Shown here one piece after another: positions 35,565 to 50,052 of a stretch of DNA of 64,000 bases (positions are counted from its first letter, which is position 1; the number at the start of each line of letters is the position of its first letter). Made by a program: the position numbers and the translations under genes. Location: positions 124,001 through 188,000 of IMG/VR virus record IMGVR_UViG_3300042305_001773, one strand, 5' to 3'. Under the pieces are notes generated by a model. The model was not told the origin of the DNA. It worked only from the letters and a program-made list of their open reading frames with translations, and made no database searches.

Positions 35565-36029
35565 CGCTTTCTTTTTTGGCTTACGCTTTTTGACAGGCGG
35601 ATTAAACAACGTCCGTATGCGACTGAGCACGGCGGTGTCGGCGGTGCGTTTGTAATTCACCACGTCCCACGCTTGATCAACGTGATACGTAAGCGCGCCT
35701 TCTAGGCGGCCAACACGACGCTGGTGTTCTAAGTCGTGAAGCAAGCTATACGCCGGATTGTACCACTTCCACGCGGCGTTCTTTACCTCATCAGCCGCCG
35801 AAATTTCAAATACCTCATGCGTGCGCTTGTCGATAATCATCTGCGCGCTGGCGGTAACTTTCGCGGGTGTTCCCGGTCGACGCTGTTGATCGTAAACCGC
35901 GTCAATAATGATTGCGTTCTTGCCGTAGCAGTTCCACAAAAATTGCGTAACTTCTTGAATGCGATAATTGCATGCCCGGAAAAACTCGGCTATCCGCGCT
36001 ACACCCGCGTGGTCTATTTGAATGCTCAC
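35499..36029 (-). CDS. hypothetical protein with a basic tail
   Basis: Coupled to the upstream gene (GTGA). Confidence 0.6.
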   Translation of the reverse strand: MSIQIDHAGVARIAEFFRACNYRIQEVTQFLWNCYGKNAIIIDAVYDQQRRPGTPAKVTASAQMIIDKRTHEVFEISAADEVKNAAWKWYNPAYSLLHDLEHQRRVGRLEGALTYHVDQAWDVVNYKRTADTAVLSRIRTLFNPPVKKRKPKKKASTASRKLVQASKRKKVTGRRR

Positions 36030-36274
36030 TGGAAAACTAACTCCTTTAGCTTTGTAAGTAACCTACGCACACTCCAGCGCGGAGTTGCGGTAACCGGCTG
36101 CGTACTCACAGTGCCGGGCTCAACGTTCTGAGAAGATAAGCCGCCCGTTTGTTCGTCTAACTCGCTGCGGCAGTATTCGAGATAGAGTTGCCAGTTGTCG
36201 TAGGCATCTCTGTCTTCGGCTCGTTCGTATGGGATGTAGGGGGGTTCGTCAGGGACTCTGTCGTTCCAGCCCAT
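36026..36274 (-). CDS. hypothetical protein
   Basis: AAGGA RBS inside the csrA tail. Confidence 0.55.
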   Translation of the reverse strand: MGWNDRVPDEPPYIPYERAEDRDAYDNWQLYLEYCRSELDEQTGGLSSQNVEPGTVSTQPVTATPRWSVRRLLTKLKELVFQ

Positions 36275-36447
36275 TGTTTGGTGTCCTTCTTTTTGCTCCC
36301 GTCAATTAATTCGCCACGCACGATTGATGTCGTTTGCGGCGCCGTTAGTCCAATCTTGACGCGATCGCCTGTGATTCCCAAAACCTTCACGACGATCCCA
36401 TCGCCAATTACGACTTCCTGTTCTTTCTTCCTTGAGAGTACAAGCAT
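36157..36447 (-). CDS. csrA: carbon storage regulator CsrA
   Basis: MLVLSRKKEQEVVIGD...VKIG.TAP...I.R.EL. Confidence 0.92.
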   Translation of the reverse strand: MLVLSRKKEQEVVIGDGIVVKVLGITGDRVKIGLTAPQTTSIVRGELIDGSKKKDTKQWAGTTESLTNPPTSHTNEPKTEMPTTTGNSISNTAAAS

Positions 36448-36457
36448 TGTGTCACCA

Positions 36458-37129
36458 TCATGATGTGGCTGAACCTTGTAACATTTTTACGACATACTCC
36501 GTGTTGCCGTTTTTAAGGTCCAGTGCGGCCATTTGTTTAATAAGTAAACCCGTTTTCAATCGAATCGACTGGTTAATGTCTTCTGTCTTTCCCGCTTCAA
36601 AATCGTAGACCGCATTAAACATCGTTGGGTCATCTGAGAAATCTGTGATGTTGGGGCTGACCCGCGCGGCCCGCAACGCGATACGAAGAATGTCAGGGGC
36701 GTTGATGATCCCCTCGCTGTCTAAAACGGCGCCGATGTAGCCGCGCACTTCGTCTGTGAACGGTTCTTTGTCGTCGTCTTCCGGCGGGCTGATCAGCAAC
36801 GCCTCTGTAATACCCCACGCAACTTCTTCAGCGTCTGCGGGGTCCCACATATCTGGGCGGTATGTGTCACCACCCAGCACGTTGCAGAACGTTACGAAGT
36901 CCGGCAGGCTCTTAAAAAACTTGTCGGTCGTGAGGATCTGGATCGCGACTAACAGCTTGTCGAGCGCTAGCTGCGGTAGTTCGACGTCGAACTCCTCTTC
37001 GATTTCGAGGGTGATCGTCGCCGGGTCCCAGTCCAGCGCTTCGATGCCGAACTTATCCAGAAACAGGGTCAGTAGAACGCTCGCAAACGTCTCCCTGCTT
37101 TTCCAAGCTTCCTGCGCTATTGTCGCCAT
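36458..37129 (-). CDS. acidic hypothetical protein
   Basis: 223-aa ORF in the operon. Confidence 0.7.
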   Translation of the reverse strand: MATIAQEAWKSRETFASVLLTLFLDKFGIEALDWDPATITLEIEEEFDVELPQLALDKLLVAIQILTTDKFFKSLPDFVTFCNVLGGDTYRPDMWDPADAEEVAWGITEALLISPPEDDDKEPFTDEVRGYIGAVLDSEGIINAPDILRIALRAARVSPNITDFSDDPTMFNAVYDFEAGKTEDINQSIRLKTGLLIKQMAALDLKNGNTEYVVKMLQGSATS

Positions 37130-37574
37130 TAAGACCGTTCCTGCTCTTGATGATCTGCACGCCCCGGCGGTACAGCTCTTCTAGATTATACGCAATCGTC
37201 TCCAGTGGTGGCCTAGGCAGCTGCGCTACGCTATCGCCAGACTCCAGCGAAATCCAGCCCGTTGCGCCGGACCACGTGGCGTACCGGCCGTCTGCGAACG
37301 CCAGCTGGTCGCCGCACGGACTGCCAGTCAGGCCCAGCTCGGTTCTGGTGGCGCGCAGCCGCTCTCCGATCAACAGCCGCTGTTCGCTGGATAGGAACTG
37401 GAGGTTTTCTAGCATGTCGGCGAGCAGCAGATAGAACACCGCCTCTTTGTCCACATAGTCGCCGCCGGCGGCAAATCCGCGCTGTAAAACCGCGGTGAAT
37501 ACGCTGCGAATTTGCAACTTGCTAAGTTTTATGACGCGCATTACCATATCAAGCGTCAGGTCTGTTTCTTCCAT
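37053..37574 (-). CDS. hypothetical protein, possible N-terminal HTH
   Basis: Likely start MEETDL. Confidence 0.55.
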   Translation of the reverse strand: MEETDLTLDMVMRVIKLSKLQIRSVFTAVLQRGFAAGGDYVDKEAVFYLLLADMLENLQFLSSEQRLLIGERLRATRTELGLTGSPCGDQLAFADGRYATWSGATGWISLESGDSVAQLPRPPLETIAYNLEELYRRGVQIIKSRNGLNGDNSAGSLEKQGDVCERSTDPVSG

Positions 37575-37584
37575 GGAGGTATTT

Positions 37585-37863
37585 ATGTCCGTTTCCATCA
37601 TTGACGGCCTTTCTAATGTCACGCAGGGTCGCGCCGAGATTATCGTCAGCGGCGATGGTATCGAGGAGCTGCTGTCGGCTGCAACTGCGAATGTTGTGCT
37701 GCAGAAAGCAGCGGAAGCCGGACTGCACCGGCCGGGCGTGTCCAGCGCGAGCGGGCCGTACCCGGTTGACGCCGAGGGCAAGACCGACGATGACTTGCTC
37801 ATGGGCAAGCGCGGGCCGGTCGCGGGCTACCGCCGAGATTTTGTTATCTTGGCGTCGCTCTGA
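37585..37863 (+). CDS. hypothetical protein (92 aa)
   Basis: Strong GGAGGT RBS; fills the gap between divergent and convergent neighbours. Confidence 0.7.
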   Translation: MSVSIIDGLSNVTQGRAEIIVSGDGIEELLSAATANVVLQKAAEAGLHRPGVSSASGPYPVDAEGKTDDDLLMGKRGPVAGYRRDFVILASL

Positions 37864-38193
37864 TCAGACGTCGTCCGGGCGGTCAATGACGAGCATGTCT
37901 GTAGGCATACCGTTGTCAAACGTGATGACGGCAAAGCATACAGGCGTCCTGCAATCTATATCGAGCTTCTTAGCGCGGGCATAGCCGGCGCGGAAGCTCG
38001 TTTTCTTTGCAGCGGTCATCGCGTCTGTTTTTGTTTTGAACAGCCCGATCGGCACGTCGTCCATTGTGTGTCGCCACACGACGAGGTAGCCGGTAAGGCC
38101 GGGCACAACTTCTGTGCCTTTTGGTTTGCGCAGTAGTTTATTCTCACCCGAGGCGCGCGGAGCGCGCCTCTTCTTTTGCATTTTTACTTTCAT
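37864..38193 (-). CDS. hypothetical protein
   Basis: Coupled ORF. Confidence 0.6.
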   Translation of the reverse strand: MKVKMQKKRRAPRASGENKLLRKPKGTEVVPGLTGYLVVWRHTMDDVPIGLFKTKTDAMTAAKKTSFRAGYARAKKLDIDCRTPVCFAVITFDNGMPTDMLVIDRPDDV

Positions 38194-38663
38194 TCTTCTA
38201 CTCCAAACTTGTCGATATGCGCCAGTCTGGCGCAGTAGAACTCCGCTACAAGCCCGGCTACGTTGCCGAACCGTTTGACCATGTCGGGAATCACCTGATC
38301 ATTAAACACGCGCAGAATGACTTTTCGAAATTTGGCGATTGCTTCTTTTGTGTAACCTTCTGCGCGAGCTTTTTCAGCGGCTTTACGAATATCCTCGTTG
38401 CCGTCGAGTTGAAGCTGGAGATACGCCGGATTTACAAACTCGATAATGTGCCCGTAGACCTGCCGGACCGCGTAGGAGCACGGCACGTCAAAAACACCGC
38501 GCCCGGGCCAGCGCTCGCCGTTAACCTCGTCGTCTGACAGGTACCGCAGCTTTCCCAGCGTCCAACCGAATGCCGCTGCGTCATCATTCGGTGCAGCCAT
38601 GACAAAGGCTGGTTTTGGCGCTGGTGGTTGCTTGTCTAGTTTTGCTTTGCTTTTACGCGCCAT
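38190..38663 (-). CDS. hypothetical protein
   Basis: ORF after a structured leader. Confidence 0.65.
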   Translation of the reverse strand: MARKSKAKLDKQPPAPKPAFVMAAPNDDAAAFGWTLGKLRYLSDDEVNGERWPGRGVFDVPCSYAVRQVYGHIIEFVNPAYLQLQLDGNEDIRKAAEKARAEGYTKEAIAKFRKVILRVFNDQVIPDMVKRFGNVAGLVAEFYCARLAHIDKFGVEE

Positions 38664-38697
38664 AATTCACAATAGCTAAGGAAAATTGGGACAGTTT

Positions 38698-38774
38698 TGT
38701 TCTGACCGTGTAGCCGGGAGTCACATCAGCCGTCATAAGACGAATAGATGTGTCCCGACTACACAGTCAGAACA
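38698..38774 (-). ncRNA. long structured RNA hairpin (cis element or processing site)
   Basis: ~28-bp stem whose two mismatches become G-U pairs on the minus strand, plus an apical CGTC-ATAA-GACG stem. Confidence 0.55.
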
Positions 38775-38783
38775 CGCCGAAGA

Positions 38784-39158
38784 TCAGTCTCCGGCGGTGC
38801 AAGCAAGGTACGCATGGTAGCGCGCTAGTTCCTCAATGTTAGGATCAATCTCTCTAAAGACTGGCTCATCATCCATAGTGGCCAGATCACCGCGAAAAAG
38901 TGCCGTCGTGTACTCGTGATACAGCCGAGCCATATCACCACGCAGGTTCTTCTTGGTGAATTTAAGCACGCGCTCCTTCAGAAAGGCGGCGCGTTCCCAG
39001 AAGTTCGGCATCAGGTCGAGCTGATCCCGGAACTTCTCTGCAGTCTTCTCGAAAAGCTTATGCGCCCTATCAGGAACAATCTGAAATTGGGGCACGGCCT
39101 TTTTGCATCGAGAGGTGACTGCAAGGCGGATTTGCTCCGCCGGGGGCGAAAGAAGCAT
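38784..39158 (-). CDS. hypothetical protein
   Basis: GGAG RBS. Confidence 0.6.
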   Translation of the reverse strand: MLLSPPAEQIRLAVTSRCKKAVPQFQIVPDRAHKLFEKTAEKFRDQLDLMPNFWERAAFLKERVLKFTKKNLRGDMARLYHEYTTALFRGDLATMDDEPVFREIDPNIEELARYHAYLACTAGD

Positions 39159-39342
39159 GCGTTAACTCCGTTGTAACGCGGTAGAGAAGAGCTGCTGATA
39201 CGACACAGCAGCGACAATAAATATGCCGCGTTTTTGCCGGAAATTTAGCGGGCGTCCGCGATTCGCGAATTGCGAAAATGCCTGTGATTACAGGACTTAC
39301 GGCAAATATTCCAGATTCCAGAACACGCGTGACCGGTGCCGG

Positions 39343-39645
39343 CTAGAACGTCAACTGGACGACTTGCCCGCCCGCGTTGACATATACGACTCGAACCTTT
39401 TTAGCGTCCAGCAGAGATTTGAGTTGCATCTTTTTTTCGCTGCTCATGCCGGCAAGGCATGATTTAATCTGCGCCATTGCGCTGCGGCGTTTTTCTTGCC
39501 GTTTGTGTGCGCAGGCGCCGCAGCCGTTATTGGTCGTGCGAAACAATTCGCGCTTATTGTAAAAGCATGGAATCGACTCGGCGTACGACGGGTCGTTTAG
39601 TAAAGATATAATTGTGTTGTCTTCGAGCACGACCAGATCGCGCAT
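39343..39645 (-). CDS. small Cys-motif protein (possible fibre chaperone)
   Basis: GCGAC; GAGG RBS; last gene of the tail operon. Confidence 0.6.
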   Translation of the reverse strand: MRDLVVLEDNTIISLLNDPSYAESIPCFYNKRELFRTTNNGCGACAHKRQEKRRSAMAQIKSCLAGMSSEKKMQLKSLLDAKKVRVVYVNAGGQVVQLTF

Positions 39646-39652
39646 GGCAACC

Positions 39653-40183
39653 TCACGGAGGCGGGGCTTGAACCGGCGGCGTACCGATCCACGTCTGTCC
39701 GCCCGGGAGCAGCGTGTCTGCGATATCAAGCGTTGTCTTGAGCCGCTGTACGTCTTCGGCTACATCTTCAATAAACGCTTTGACTTCAGCGCGCGAGCGC
39801 AGCAGCACGTCAACGTAGTTCAGTCGAAACCACGCCGGACGGTAATTCGGAAGCGGGTCGTCTTCCGGGTATTCCTCAAGGTCTGTTGGCGAGCATACGT
39901 GGTCAAACGCCCCGACCCGTTCTTCTGCTCCCGGTTTGAGGGGCAGCATTTGATAGGCGAATATTTTTGTCGGCATATCCACCGCGTCACTTGCTGTAAT
40001 GCGCACGCGAATGCCGTCTGTAGTTTCGTAGTTATACCGGCTGACCTGCCACGTTAATTTGACACGCCGAGGATTGCCCGGCGGAGGGGGCGGCGGATCA
40101 AGATCGGGGATATAGAAATTGAGCCCAAGCGTTTCCGGCAGCTCAATGATTCCCTCAATTGGATCTGGTTGGCAGTCTGGCAT
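39653..40183 (-). CDS. hypothetical (tail-associated) protein
   Basis: Position in the structural operon; Pro-rich. Confidence 0.6.
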   Translation of the reverse strand: MPDCQPDPIEGIIELPETLGLNFYIPDLDPPPPPPGNPRRVKLTWQVSRYNYETTDGIRVRITASDAVDMPTKIFAYQMLPLKPGAEERVGAFDHVCSPTDLEEYPEDDPLPNYRPAWFRLNYVDVLLRSRAEVKAFIEDVAEDVQRLKTTLDIADTLLPGGQTWIGTPPVQAPPP

Positions 40184-40184
40184 G

Positions 40185-40463
40185 TTATTCTTGCTCCGGT
40201 AAAACGCGGGCGGTAATGTTAACAGGCCCCGGCGTTGTGGATCGCACGTACGCCAGCGCTAAGCCCTCGTCGTCGGTTGGTCCCGGTTGTGTTATCTGGG
40301 CGGTCGGTACATCGGCCACGATTTCTGTTTGCCGCCCTACGACGGGCCTGTTCCAGTGATCGCGCAAACGAATTTTGACAACCGCTGCTTTTAGGCCGTC
40401 CGCGAGCACCTGCGGTTTTGAGCCGTACAGGATTTTAGAGTTCTGCGGGCTTACATAGCTCAT
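40185..40463 (-). CDS. stand-alone bacterial Ig-like (Big_1/invasin) domain protein
   Basis: ADG...V...LRD..NRPV.G...TDDEG.A....STTPG...ITA. Confidence 0.8.
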   Translation of the reverse strand: MSYVSPQNSKILYGSKPQVLADGLKAAVVKIRLRDHWNRPVVGRQTEIVADVPTAQITQPGPTDDEGLALAYVRSTTPGPVNITARVLPEQE

Positions 40464-40828
40464 GGATACGAATACCTCTGCGGCGTCTCACCGTTTGGCG
40501 GCGCGTAATATATTGTAACCCCTGTTGTCTCAATACTCGGCGTCTTGGCGACAAATTGAATAAACTGCCGCATTGTTTCGCCGTCGCCGTCTTTGGATGT
40601 ATTTAGCGCTTCAATAAACGCCTGCACGCACGGCGACAATACGTTATTGTCCGCGCGACACCGACAGCCGCGTTCTTTTGCCGAGCGCTCAAATGACTCG
40701 TGGCATTCAGTAAATTTTGCTTTAAGCTCCTGCATCCCCGGCACGGCGTTAAAAAACTCGTCCTGCCGGCCAAACTGCATTATGTTATCTCGACTGATCG
40801 AGATCATGCGCGTAATGCGCTGCGTCAT
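40460..40828 (-). CDS. small Cys-motif protein (possible fibre chaperone)
   Basis: GCRC; follows the collagen genes. Confidence 0.6.
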   Translation of the reverse strand: MTQRITRMISISRDNIMQFGRQDEFFNAVPGMQELKAKFTECHESFERSAKERGCRCRADNNVLSPCVQAFIEALNTSKDGDGETMRQFIQFVAKTPSIETTGVTIYYAPPNGETPQRYSYP

Positions 40829-40883
40829 AACTAGAGTCCTCGCGGGGTTATGGTCGCATTCTAATCAGGACGCAAAAATAGCG

Positions 40884-41783
40884 CTACGACTGCGCAGCGG
40901 CTTTGACAGCCGCGCGGAGGGTCGCGTTGGTTTGTAGTTCCGCAATAAGCTGAGTAAGCGTTAACTCGCCTTGCGGCCCTGTTGGCCCTGTAGCGCCCAT
41001 ATTGCCGCAGGGGCCGGTTGCACCCGCCTCTCCGACGCCTGTGGCTCCTGTCGCGCCACGCGGCCCTGACGGGCCTGTTATGCCGCGAGGGCCTGTGGCG
41101 CCCTGCGGACCCGTCGAGCCTGTGTCGCCTTTAGCGCCGCGGGTGCCAGCCGGCCCGGACTGCCCCTGTGGACCCTGTGCGCCTTGTGGGCCGGCCGTAC
41201 CTTGTGGGCCCATTAAACCCTGCGGCCCAATTAAGCCCTGCGGCCCCGGCGAGCCTTGCTGCCCGCGGTCTCCCTTTGGTCCGGTTGCCCCGCGTGGCCC
41301 GGTGGCTCCTGTGGCGCCCGTAGCGCCTGTAGAGCCGCGCGCGCCGTTTGTGCCGTTTATACCCGCCGGGCCAGTAGGGCCGGTGGCGCCTCTGGGACCG
41401 GTCGGGCCAGTGGGGCCGGTTGGCCCGGTTGGTCCCGTGGGGCCAGACGGACCGGTAGGGCCAGTAGCGCCAGTGGTTCCTTTTGGCCCGGTCGCGCCTG
41501 TTATGCCAGAAACGCCTGTCGAGCCGCGCGGACCTGTTGCGCCTATTTTGCCTGTCGGACCCGTTAAACCTGTCGGGCCTTTGTCGCCTTTGATTCCTTG
41601 CGCCCCCTGCGGTCCAGCGGGGCCTCTGGCGCCGGCGGGACCTTGCGGCCCAATAGGCCCGGGGTTTCCTTGCGGGCCTTGCGGTCCGGCAGGGCACACA
41701 CCGCAGCCACCGCCGCCCTGCGCCATTGTCGTACCGTCATACGGCACAAACTCGATTTCGTCGTTGTTGTCAGTGTCTGCCAT
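40884..41783 (-). CDS. collagen-like fibre protein
   Basis: ~80 Gly-X-Y triplets; N-term CGVC; C-terminal helix. Confidence 0.9.
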   Translation of the reverse strand: MADTDNNDEIEFVPYDGTTMAQGGGGCGVCPAGPQGPQGNPGPIGPQGPAGARGPAGPQGAQGIKGDKGPTGLTGPTGKIGATGPRGSTGVSGITGATGPKGTTGATGPTGPSGPTGPTGPTGPTGPTGPRGATGPTGPAGINGTNGARGSTGATGATGATGPRGATGPKGDRGQQGSPGPQGLIGPQGLMGPQGTAGPQGAQGPQGQSGPAGTRGAKGDTGSTGPQGATGPRGITGPSGPRGATGATGVGEAGATGPCGNMGATGPTGPQGELTLTQLIAELQTNATLRAAVKAAAQS

Positions 41784-41785
41784 GT

Positions 41786-47542
<5,757 letters not shown>

Positions 47543-47543
<1 letters not shown>

Positions 47544-48319
47544 TAGACAACACTCCTGCCGACAGTATCAACAACAATTGTCTCGCCGTCAGCGTAAATT
47601 CGCAACACAGCGTCGGCGACTGCTTGATTTGTTGCTGTAAACGTGAAATTACCAAAGTCGTCGGGACCGCAACCGTTGATTGTTTTTAGATATCGCTTGT
47701 TCGGAAAATCGTCGCTTTGTGGTTCGCAGAGGAACCGGCGAAACAGCGGCACGCCCACGATGTCGACACGAATGACGCCCGGCCCGTCTTGGCGCAGCAC
47801 AACACCCTGATCGCCGACTAACCAGATATCGCCGGTCAGGAATTGTTTTGTCTCAGGCCGCACGGCTCGAACGCCCGGCTCGTTTGCGGGAATAGAGACG
47901 CTGCTTACAAATTCTGTCTGATCGATTTCAAACGTATACGTGCCGGGGCCCCAGCCAGAAAAGCGCGCAAGCCCCGTAGTTGTCGAGAGCAGCATTCCGG
48001 CTGGGCGACCGTATTGATCCGCAAACAGCAGTACGCCGTCTGCCGGCGGACTCAGCGGATTGTACGATGCCGACACGCGTGTGCTCAGCTCTTCATCGCC
48101 TACGTTTATTGTGACGCTTTGTGGCGCCACGACGATCGAAGATATGTAAACACGTTGATACCCACCAATAATGAAAAACGACGCGTCAATAAACGTGTCT
48201 GGCGCGATTGAAATGTTTTCTGTAGTTTCGCTTTGCAGCCCGGCCGAGTCTGCAAACGGATACCGCGACGCTTCTTGCTCGTCGCGGAACTCTGGAAATA
48301 GAATTCGTGCGCCTGACAT
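47543..48319 (-). CDS. tail/baseplate paralogue 4
   Basis: EASRYPF...LKTINGCGPDDFGN. Confidence 0.7.
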
Positions 48320-50049
48320 TATTGCACCACAAACTTGTTAAAAAACGTAGACGCTTGATTAGTAAATAAACCAATAGACCCGGTCACTTCGCCCGGGTTG
48401 TTGATACTGGTTGTGCCGCTCACCGGATGTGAGCCATTCAGCTCGGAGACGGAAAAAGAAACAGACAAGCTGCTTCCGTTCAACGACAGGCTTGCGTACA
48501 TCCGGTACCACATGTTTACTTTTGCGCTGTAATTGACTGACAACTCGTCGACGAATATGTCACCGTTGTACCGCAGTACACGCACCTTGCCGCGCGTCCC
48601 GTCGACGATGACGACAACATATCTTGTTACAACTTGCCCCAGTTCCAGCGTCTGCATGTAGTTCAACACAAGGCCGCCGTTTCTGGCTGCTCCGTTTGTG
48701 CCTAGTTTGAACTCGGTCATGATCGAGCGATTCAGCGCCCAGTCAGTTGCGCAGTTTTTAAGCACGGCGATATTCGTACCGCCGATGCCGATAGACAGAT
48801 ATGTGCCGTGATTTGTTAATGCCGCGCCAAGCTCCGGGTCAAACTCGCCCGGTGCGCAGTTTCCGCAAATCGGCGGGGCAAGTGTTTCTTGCGGCGAGAA
48901 CGAACCCGCTTTAGTAACAAAATACGCGTTCGGCTGACACGAGCCAAAATCAACGCAAAGCGGCAGCGGCATGCACGCGTAGTCAGGCGGATCTAGCGTC
49001 TCATCTACAACCAGATCAATTGCCGCTGTCGGATCTGGCCAGCAATATTCGTCAATTACGATATCTGTCTCGACGTAATTTGAACCATCCCATCGATACA
49101 CCTTATTGGTATCAAACGCTAAATACAGTCGTTCAAGTTCGCCCGCCGGTGGAAACGACGCTTGGTTTGCGTACACCGTAATGTTTTCGCCAGTGGGTTC
49201 GCAGCATAGGTCTTTAAACGCTTGCGGCGGTTTGGGTTTGTTAGCGTCACACACCGCGCCTAAACCAATGTCTGTCACTATGTCTGCGCCGCCGCAGTTT
49301 TCAAAGTTCACGGCGGTAAAACCGTCGAATACAATGTCGATATTTCCGTCGCAATCCGGCGCCACGCCGTTGATTGTTTCAATCGGTGTTTTGGGGCACG
49401 TGCCGCTTTCGGGTCGTTGCGCGCACGGCCCTAAGAACGTCGCAAGCGGGTTATAGTCGCCAGTAACAAGCGCGCTGTCTAGGCGAAAGACAATCGCCGG
49501 ATAATCGACAGCGTCGTATTGAATCGTTTCGTATTTTGCCGTAACGGGTGACGTACCAATAAGGTTCACTACCCCCTGTAGCGCCGTGCCAAGATTAATT
49601 TTGCCAATTGTGGGGATAGGTAGCGGGCGATACGGGCGCGCGTTTCTCGGTTGCACAAGTGTTTGTCGTGCTGCGCTGTATCGGCCGACAAATGGCGTAT
49701 CTACACCGGGGCCGAACACCACCCACCCAGAGACGCCAGACGTCATAGCGGTCACAGGATAATTTACGTATGGCGCGACAGGTTGCGGAACTGACACGGC
49801 GCACACGGTCTGCCCGCTTGAATCAATCTCTGTCGCCGCGCCGAATAAGATCGTGACAATACCGGCTGATACCGTCATCCCCTGAACGTATAAATACTCG
49901 CCCAGCGTTGAAGGAAAACGGATATGGCAATCAACGAGCACGTCTTCGCGAATAAACGCGCCACGGTCGTCGACGCCCGTTGAAATATCGTCAAGCGGGT
50001 ACCGTCGTGTGGACTGCAGGTTGTACCAGTTTTGATTGCGAATAGACAT
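48319..50049 (-). CDS. tail/baseplate paralogue 3 with a C-terminal concanavalin/LamG-like beta domain
   Basis: QSTRRYPL...IETINGVAPDCDGN; C-term beta-rich WYRM...GSIGLF...FNKFVV. Confidence 0.7.
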   Translation of the reverse strand: MSIRNQNWYNLQSTRRYPLDDISTGVDDRGAFIREDVLVDCHIRFPSTLGEYLYVQGMTVSAGIVTILFGAATEIDSSGQTVCAVSVPQPVAPYVNYPVTAMTSGVSGWVVFGPGVDTPFVGRYSAARQTLVQPRNARPYRPLPIPTIGKINLGTALQGVVNLIGTSPVTAKYETIQYDAVDYPAIVFRLDSALVTGDYNPLATFLGPCAQRPESGTCPKTPIETINGVAPDCDGNIDIVFDGFTAVNFENCGGADIVTDIGLGAVCDANKPKPPQAFKDLCCEPTGENITVYANQASFPPAGELERLYLAFDTNKVYRWDGSNYVETDIVIDEYCWPDPTAAIDLVVDETLDPPDYACMPLPLCVDFGSCQPNAYFVTKAGSFSPQETLAPPICGNCAPGEFDPELGAALTNHGTYLSIGIGGTNIAVLKNCATDWALNRSIMTEFKLGTNGAARNGGLVLNYMQTLELGQVVTRYVVVIVDGTRGKVRVLRYNGDIFVDELSVNYSAKVNMWYRMYASLSLNGSSLSVSFSVSELNGSHPVSGTTSINNPGEVTGSIGLFTNQASTFFNKFVVQ

Positions 50050-50052
50050 GAT

